Source: a bacterium | GTDB lineage: Bacteria; RBG-13-61-14; DATKZS01 | Assembly: GCA_963674965.2 (NCBI GenBank) | Contig: CAXXFL010000006.1 | Coordinates: forward strand, 544,001-608,000 | Direction of reading: 5' to 3' | DNA length: 64,000 nucleotides | Shown: positions 59,524-64,000 of the stretch, piece by piece | How positions within the stretch are numbered: the stretch's first letter is position 1 | Layout: every line of letters begins with the position of its first letter | Made by a program: the position numbers and the translations under genes | Notes under the pieces: generated by a model | The model's database searches: none | What the model saw: only the letters and a program-made list of their open reading frames with translations | Told to the model about the DNA's origin: nothing

Positions 59524-59566
59524 CGGGTTTTCGAGATTTGCGCCCCCGAGGCCGGGCGCGAGCAAT

Positions 59567-59722
59567 TTAGCCTCCGATTCCAAGAGGCGTCCAGCTCAAA
59601 CTGGACCTAATTTCCCTCAGGCTTGCGGGGTTTCCGGGACACATGGCCAAGAAATGATAGTGATTGCCCATGACCGCCCAGGCTTGAAGTCGCCAGTCGC
59701 ATAGCTCACAAAACTCGCGGGC
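59567..59722 (-). mobile_element. Remnant of a Y1 (IS200/RAYT-like) HUH transposase with adjacent short palindromes
   Basis: Unannotated frame AREFCELCDWRLQAWAVMGNHYHFLAMCPGNPASLRE contains the AWxxMxNHxH HUH signature; palindromes at 59570-59588 and 59589-59606. Confidence 0.65.
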
Positions 59723-59741
59723 TTAATCGATAAAGGTATTT

Positions 59742-60080
59742 TCAACCCAGCTTGGCGCCATTGGGGACCTCGCGCTCGGGGACGGCCAGGACCACGGCGC
59801 CGTCGTCAAGGTAGAAGCCGCAGAGGAGGAACTCCGACCTTACGGGGCCTATCTGTTTGGGCGGGAAATTGATCACGGCCACTATCTGCCTTCCCTGGAG
59901 TTCCTCCATCGCGTAAAGGTCCGTGACCTGGGCGCTGGTCTTCTTGATCCCTATTTGCGGACCGAAGTCGGCGGTGACCTTATAAGCCGGTTTTCTGGCC
60001 TCGGGGAATGGTTCGACCTTGGTTACCCTTCCCACCCGAATCTCGACCCTCTCGAAATCGTCCCAGCCGATGGTTTCCAT
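59742..60080 (-). CDS. csaA: CsaA / Trbp111 tRNA-binding chaperone
   Basis: [11 protein letters not shown]...[10 protein letters not shown]...KKTSAQVT...NFPPKQIG...PNGAKL. Confidence 0.9.
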   Translation of the reverse strand: METIGWDDFERVEIRVGRVTKVEPFPEARKPAYKVTADFGPQIGIKKTSAQVTDLYAMEELQGRQIVAVINFPPKQIGPVRSEFLLCGFYLDDGAVVLAVPEREVPNGAKLG

Positions 60081-60096
60081 TTGTCCATTCCCCGCT

Positions 60097-60381
60097 CTAC
60101 CTGTTTTTGCTCAGGTTATGCTGGATTTTCGCCTGCGCCTCCTGGAGGGCCTGCTGGATGGTCTGGACCAGAGTATAGGCGTTGCTCACGGACAGGACCA
60201 CGCGGTTGGAAATAGTGGCGTGGCCGGGCATGGAGCGGTGAAAGTTGCCGAACTCGATGACCACGTCGCCCGTTCCCACGAACACGTTGAAAACGTCGCG
60301 GTAAAGATACTCGAGATCGGGAGACACGTGAAACTGTATCTCGGCGGGCGCCGCCTCCTTGTTATTATTTTCGTCCTCCAT
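60097..60381 (-). CDS. DUF3467-like protein
   Basis: [19 protein letters not shown]...VVIEFG...NRVVLS pattern; RBS GGAGG. Confidence 0.6.
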   Translation of the reverse strand: MEDENNNKEAAPAEIQFHVSPDLEYLYRDVFNVFVGTGDVVIEFGNFHRSMPGHATISNRVVLSVSNAYTLVQTIQQALQEAQAKIQHNLSKNR

Positions 60382-60432
60382 TGATTCCTCCGTAAACCGG
60401 AAATCCATCCGGCTTAAGTAGCCGAGTCTCGG

Positions 60433-60840
60433 TCAAGACATTATTAGGAGCTTGGTTTGAGACGGGACCAGGGTGGACCCGCCGGGCACGTTGGTCGAGT
60501 TCTGCATGGCCGTGTCCAACATTCTGGTGGCGGGCATTCCTCCGTGAAAGACCTTGGTGCTTCCCTTCAAGTTGCGGGCCGGCCCGATGATGGTACCCGA
60601 CATGACGCCGCCGGCCACGCCGGGCTCGTCGCCGTTGCTGAGGGGAATGGTCGTGCCCAGGTTGTGCGCCGGCATCATGGAAATGAGGTATTTAAGGCAG
60701 GTGGTGGGCGGCAAGGCCATCATGAGTTGGGCGATATTAACGTAAGGCACGGGCACGGGCGAGGGAGAAGGAGGCGCGGGCGTGAGACACACGTCCGGCG
60801 TTCCCAAATCCTGGCCGGCCAGAGAGCAGTTGGCAAACAT
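60433..60840 (-). CDS. DUF4150 / PAAR-like spike-tip protein (TagD-like), no toxin extension
   Basis: MFANC...PDVCLTP...PVPYVNIA...SNGDEPGVAGGVMSG...GSTKV...QN. Confidence 0.9.
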   Translation of the reverse strand: MFANCSLAGQDLGTPDVCLTPAPPSPSPVPVPYVNIAQLMMALPPTTCLKYLISMMPAHNLGTTIPLSNGDEPGVAGGVMSGTIIGPARNLKGSTKVFHGGMPATRMLDTAMQNSTNVPGGSTLVPSQTKLLIMS

Positions 60841-60862
60841 TATAAATTCTCCTCTTGGCGGC

Positions 60863-61540
60863 TTATCCCATAAAGATATGCTCGCCGTCTATCTTGGTTT
60901 CCTTCTTGCTCACCATGATCGTGCGCGCCGAGTCCATCGAGTAGAGTCCGCCGGTTTTCCTTGAAATGTTCCCGGCCTGGACCTGGTCGCTGTCCTCGGT
61001 CTTGCGGACGTAGTTCTTGACCCGCGAAAGAGCGTGGCGGGCCATGGTGCTGAGCACGCGGCTGACCAAAAGCACGGACTTATAAGTTGCGCGGAGGGTT
61101 TCACCCCGAGCGGTCAGGTCTCCATAATCCACGACCGCCTCGTCGCTTTTATGGACCACCCTTCTCGATACGAGTCCGAGCCGGTCGCCCGAGGTTATGG
61201 ATACGGACTCCTCCGATACCAGGTTCAGGGGCCCGCTCGCGGCCACCAGGGTCGCTCCCGCGGGAAAGGCCAGGGTCATGCCCTTTTCCACGCCGGGACG
61301 CTCGATGATTCCGAGCACGTGATAAGTCCCGCTCCGGTCGCCGCCGAGGACGACCAGGTCCCCCGGCAGGGGCTGGACCAGACAACTGAAGGCCACCTCG
61401 GCGTCACGAACCACTCCCGCCATCTCGACGCGAGCCTCGCGGCCGCAAGCCGAGACCACCCGGGCCTTGGCAAGGCCCCAGGACTCGTTCTCCCTCAAAG
61501 GATATACGTTGGCCGTGTTGGTCATCATTTCTTCCCCCAT
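60863..61540 (-). CDS. DUF3540-family protein (TagC-like)
   Basis: AFSCLVQPLPGDLV...YHVLGIIER...KIDGEHIFMG. Confidence 0.88.
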   Translation of the reverse strand: MGEEMMTNTANVYPLRENESWGLAKARVVSACGREARVEMAGVVRDAEVAFSCLVQPLPGDLVVLGGDRSGTYHVLGIIERPGVEKGMTLAFPAGATLVAASGPLNLVSEESVSITSGDRLGLVSRRVVHKSDEAVVDYGDLTARGETLRATYKSVLLVSRVLSTMARHALSRVKNYVRKTEDSDQVQAGNISRKTGGLYSMDSARTIMVSKKETKIDGEHIFMG

Positions 61541-62577
61541 TGTTCGGCTTTTTGCCGTTTTTTATCCGTGCCCAAGGCAAGGGACTTGCTCGAGCCGCTC
61601 CAGATGCTCTTGTTGTCCTCGGCCTCGTGCAGATTGGTCCGGAACATGCCCGCGTTGGCGAAGTTCGAGCGGTCGAGCTGGGCGTGGGACATGTCGGCCC
61701 ATGAAAGGTCCGCCCCCGAGAAGTTCGTCAGCTCGGCCTTGACCTCAGCCATCTGGGCCTTGTGCAAGTTCGCGGCGGACAGGTCGGACCCGACCAGTTT
61801 CGCCCCCTGCATGCCGGCCTTTTCCAGGTTGGCCTTCTTCATGCTCGATCCCGACAGGTTGGCCTCGAAGAAGTTGGCGTACTCGAGACGCGCGCCATCG
61901 AAGACCGACTTCTCCAGGTCGGCCTTCATGAAGCCGCCCTGCTTCAGCCTCGAGCCGGTGAAGTCGCATCCCTTTAAGCTGCACTCCGTGAACTGGCACT
62001 GGGTAAGGTCCATCCTCGAGAAGTCCACCTTGTCAAGCTTGGCCTTGTTAAAGCAGGAAAGCTTGATCACCGCTCCCTTGAAGAAGTTGTTGGAAAACTC
62101 GCACTCGATGAAAATGGTCCGGTCCAACCGCGCGCCCGAGAAGTCGGCCCCCCCCATGTCGCAACCCTGCAGGACGCAGGTCTCCAGGCGGGACTCGCGG
62201 AAATGGGCGTCCGCCAGCCTCGATTTCGTGAACACCGACGTATCGAGCTTCGACTTGGCAAAGCCGGACCCGCCGAGGTCGCACTCGATGAACTTGGTGA
62301 AATCCATTTTCGTCTCGGACAGGTCGGCGTTCTTGATCTCGCATTTGATCAGGTTCGCCTCATTCAAATCGGCCTTGACGAACCTGGCCCCCGACATTTT
62401 ACAGTCGTTGAATATGGCCTCCCTCAGCCTGGCCCCGCTGAAGTCGCAGCCGTCAAAGGTTACCTCGGTGAATATACCGCCGGAGAGGTCCGAGTTCCTC
62501 AGGTCCAGGCCGGAAAAGTCGTCGCCGCTGAAAAACTCCCCGGCCTTGACCAGTCTCGAAAGCTCATGGCCCGTCAT
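61525..62577 (-). CDS. Pentapeptide repeat protein (TagB-like)
   Basis: Continuous A(D/N)(L/F)xx repeats over about 330 aa. Confidence 0.92.
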   Translation of the reverse strand: MTGHELSRLVKAGEFFSGDDFSGLDLRNSDLSGGIFTEVTFDGCDFSGARLREAIFNDCKMSGARFVKADLNEANLIKCEIKNADLSETKMDFTKFIECDLGGSGFAKSKLDTSVFTKSRLADAHFRESRLETCVLQGCDMGGADFSGARLDRTIFIECEFSNNFFKGAVIKLSCFNKAKLDKVDFSRMDLTQCQFTECSLKGCDFTGSRLKQGGFMKADLEKSVFDGARLEYANFFEANLSGSSMKKANLEKAGMQGAKLVGSDLSAANLHKAQMAEVKAELTNFSGADLSWADMSHAQLDRSNFANAGMFRTNLHEAEDNKSIWSGSSKSLALGTDKKRQKAEQWGKK

Positions 62578-64000
62578 TTCGGCCTCCAGTTCTCGATGAT
62601 CGTATTATCGAGGTTGCATCCGCTGAAGTCGGTCCGGGTTATGGTGGCCCGCAGAAAATCGACGCTGAAAAGGTTGGCGCCCCGAAAGGAGGCGTTGACC
62701 AGAAAGGCCTTGGACAAGGAACCTTCCATAAGGTTGATACCGTCGAGCCGAGCGTCTTCCAGCCTGGCCTTTCGAAAGAGCGCCCCCCTTGCCTGAGCCA
62801 GTTTCAAGTTGGCCCGAGTCAGGTCGGCCTCGAGGAAGTTCGATCCCGACAGGTCCGCCCCCGAGAAGTCCGCGTCGCGCATCTCCAAGCCCTGGAAATT
62901 GGACTTGGCCAGTCTCGCCCCCCGGAACCTCGCTCCTTTAATGCTCTTCTTCTCCGGGTCCGCCGCCACGAAGCAGGCCCCCTCCATCTCAGCCCCGTCG
63001 AAAATCACTCCATCCAAAGACGCGTCGGCAAAGGAGCTGCCCTTTAAAACGGCGCCGCTGAAATCCGTATCCCTGATCGCGCAGTTGCAGAAAACGCTCG
63101 AGGTCAGATCGGCGTTGACGAAACTCGCGCCCACAATATCCGCCCCGATGAACTGCATGTCCGGCATGATGGCCTCGCGAAACTTGGCCCCCTTCACCGC
63201 GATATCGAGGGCCTCCACGTCGGTAAAGTCGCAACCGGCAAAGTCGGCGCTCGTGAAATTGCCCCTCGTAATCACCGCCGACTTGAGACTGGCCCCCACG
63301 AATTTGGCCCGAGTCGCGTGAACTCCCCCCACGTTGGCCCCCTCGAGGTTGGCCCCGGAAAGGTCCGCGTCCATAAGGTCCGCCCGGACCATTATGGCCC
63401 CCCTCAAGTTGGCCCCCTTCAGGCTCGCGCCCTTGAAATTAACCTGCTCGAGAAAACAGCCGCTGAGATTTACTCCGTCCAGGTTTTCGCCGGACAGGTC
63501 CAGGCAGGCCCAGTCCTGGTTCGAGACGTCCTCCCCCCGCGAGATGGAGCGCAAAAGAACGTCCGTCACCAGCTCGGCCGGCTCCTTGTGGGGAGACAGT
63601 CCGTCGTCCATGAAGTGGGCCACCATGACGTAGCTTTCCTTGAAAGCCGCCGCCGCCGCCGAGAGGGATTCCTCGACCTCCTTCATCCGGTCGCCGGCCG
63701 CCTCGCGTATTTGTCTCTCGAACTCCGCCGCCGCGTCCTCCGGCAAGCCCGCCCCCTTCGCGGCCTCCAGGTGCTGCATGGCCTCCATCAGCTGGGGCGA
63801 GAGCTGCGACAACTGGCTCATCGCCTCCTCCGCGTCCAGCCGGGGCAGAGGGGAAGGACTCCTTTTCTCGACGTCCAGATCGTCCAGCGAGGCAAGCGCC
63901 GCCTCGAGCCTCTCCCCGTCCTCGTCCGAGGCGCCGCTCATCGCTTCCTCATGCTCGGCGAGTTGTTCCTTGATCTGCTTTTTAGCCTTCTCTATCTCCG
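62574..64000 (-). CDS. Large pentapeptide repeat protein (TagA/TagAB-like), 5' part outside the window
   Basis: Frame open to the window edge; helical region followed by pentapeptide repeats; stop overlaps the next ATG. Confidence 0.85.
   Translation of the reverse strand, partial: EIEKAKKQIKEQLAEHEEAMSGASDEDGERLEAALASLDDLDVEKRSPSPLPRLDAEEAMSQLSQLSPQLMEAMQHLEAAKGAGLPEDAAAEFERQIREAAGDRMKEVEESLSAAAAAFKESYVMVAHFMDDGLSPHKEPAELVTDVLLRSISRGEDVSNQDWACLDLSGENLDGVNLSGCFLEQVNFKGASLKGANLRGAIMVRADLMDADLSGANLEGANVGGVHATRAKFVGASLKSAVITRGNFTSADFAGCDFTDVEALDIAVKGAKFREAIMPDMQFIGADIVGASFVNADLTSSVFCNCAIRDTDFSGAVLKGSSFADASLDGVIFDGAEMEGACFVAADPEKKSIKGARFRGARLAKSNFQGLEMRDADFSGADLSGSNFLEADLTRANLKLAQARGALFRKARLEDARLDGINLMEGSLSKAFLVNASFRGANLFSVDFLRATITRTDFSGCNLDNTIIENWRPK

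Overview
GC-rich chromosomal window from a deltaproteobacteria-like anaerobe (Desulfobacterota/Myxococcota-type gene content; taxonomy is inferred). Left end: a redox/metal-cluster module made of a PAS-sigma54 activator flanked on both sides by repeated candidate binding sites and -24/-12 promoters, two NifB/NifX-family genes, a small four-Cys protein, and a pyridine nucleotide-disulfide oxidoreductase that the ORF track misses because its catalytic residue is an in-frame TGA followed by a bacterial SECIS-like hairpin (probable selenoprotein). Then come an M14 deacylase, a MenA-like prenyltransferase and pycBA. Two giant acidic surface proteins follow: 4306 aa with propeller and Ca-binding repeats, a C13-type cysteine peptidase domain and a dockerin-like tail; and about 2500 aa, a lipoprotein with 50 Cys/Asp repeats. 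Both are rich in D-(S/T)-aliphatic motifs resembling O-glycosylation sequons. Between and after them lie a P-type ATPase/USP/PsiE group, a stop-interrupted GH5 gene, assorted enzymes and a putative sulfate-exporter cassette. The right part holds a HicB remnant, tRNA-Pro(GGG), the conserved thrS-infC-rpmI-rplT-pheS-pheT-ihfA-merR block, a Y1/RAYT transposase remnant and the end of a T6SS-spike-associated pentapeptide/DUF3540/DUF4150 cluster. All family calls come from motif recognition by eye; no searches were run.
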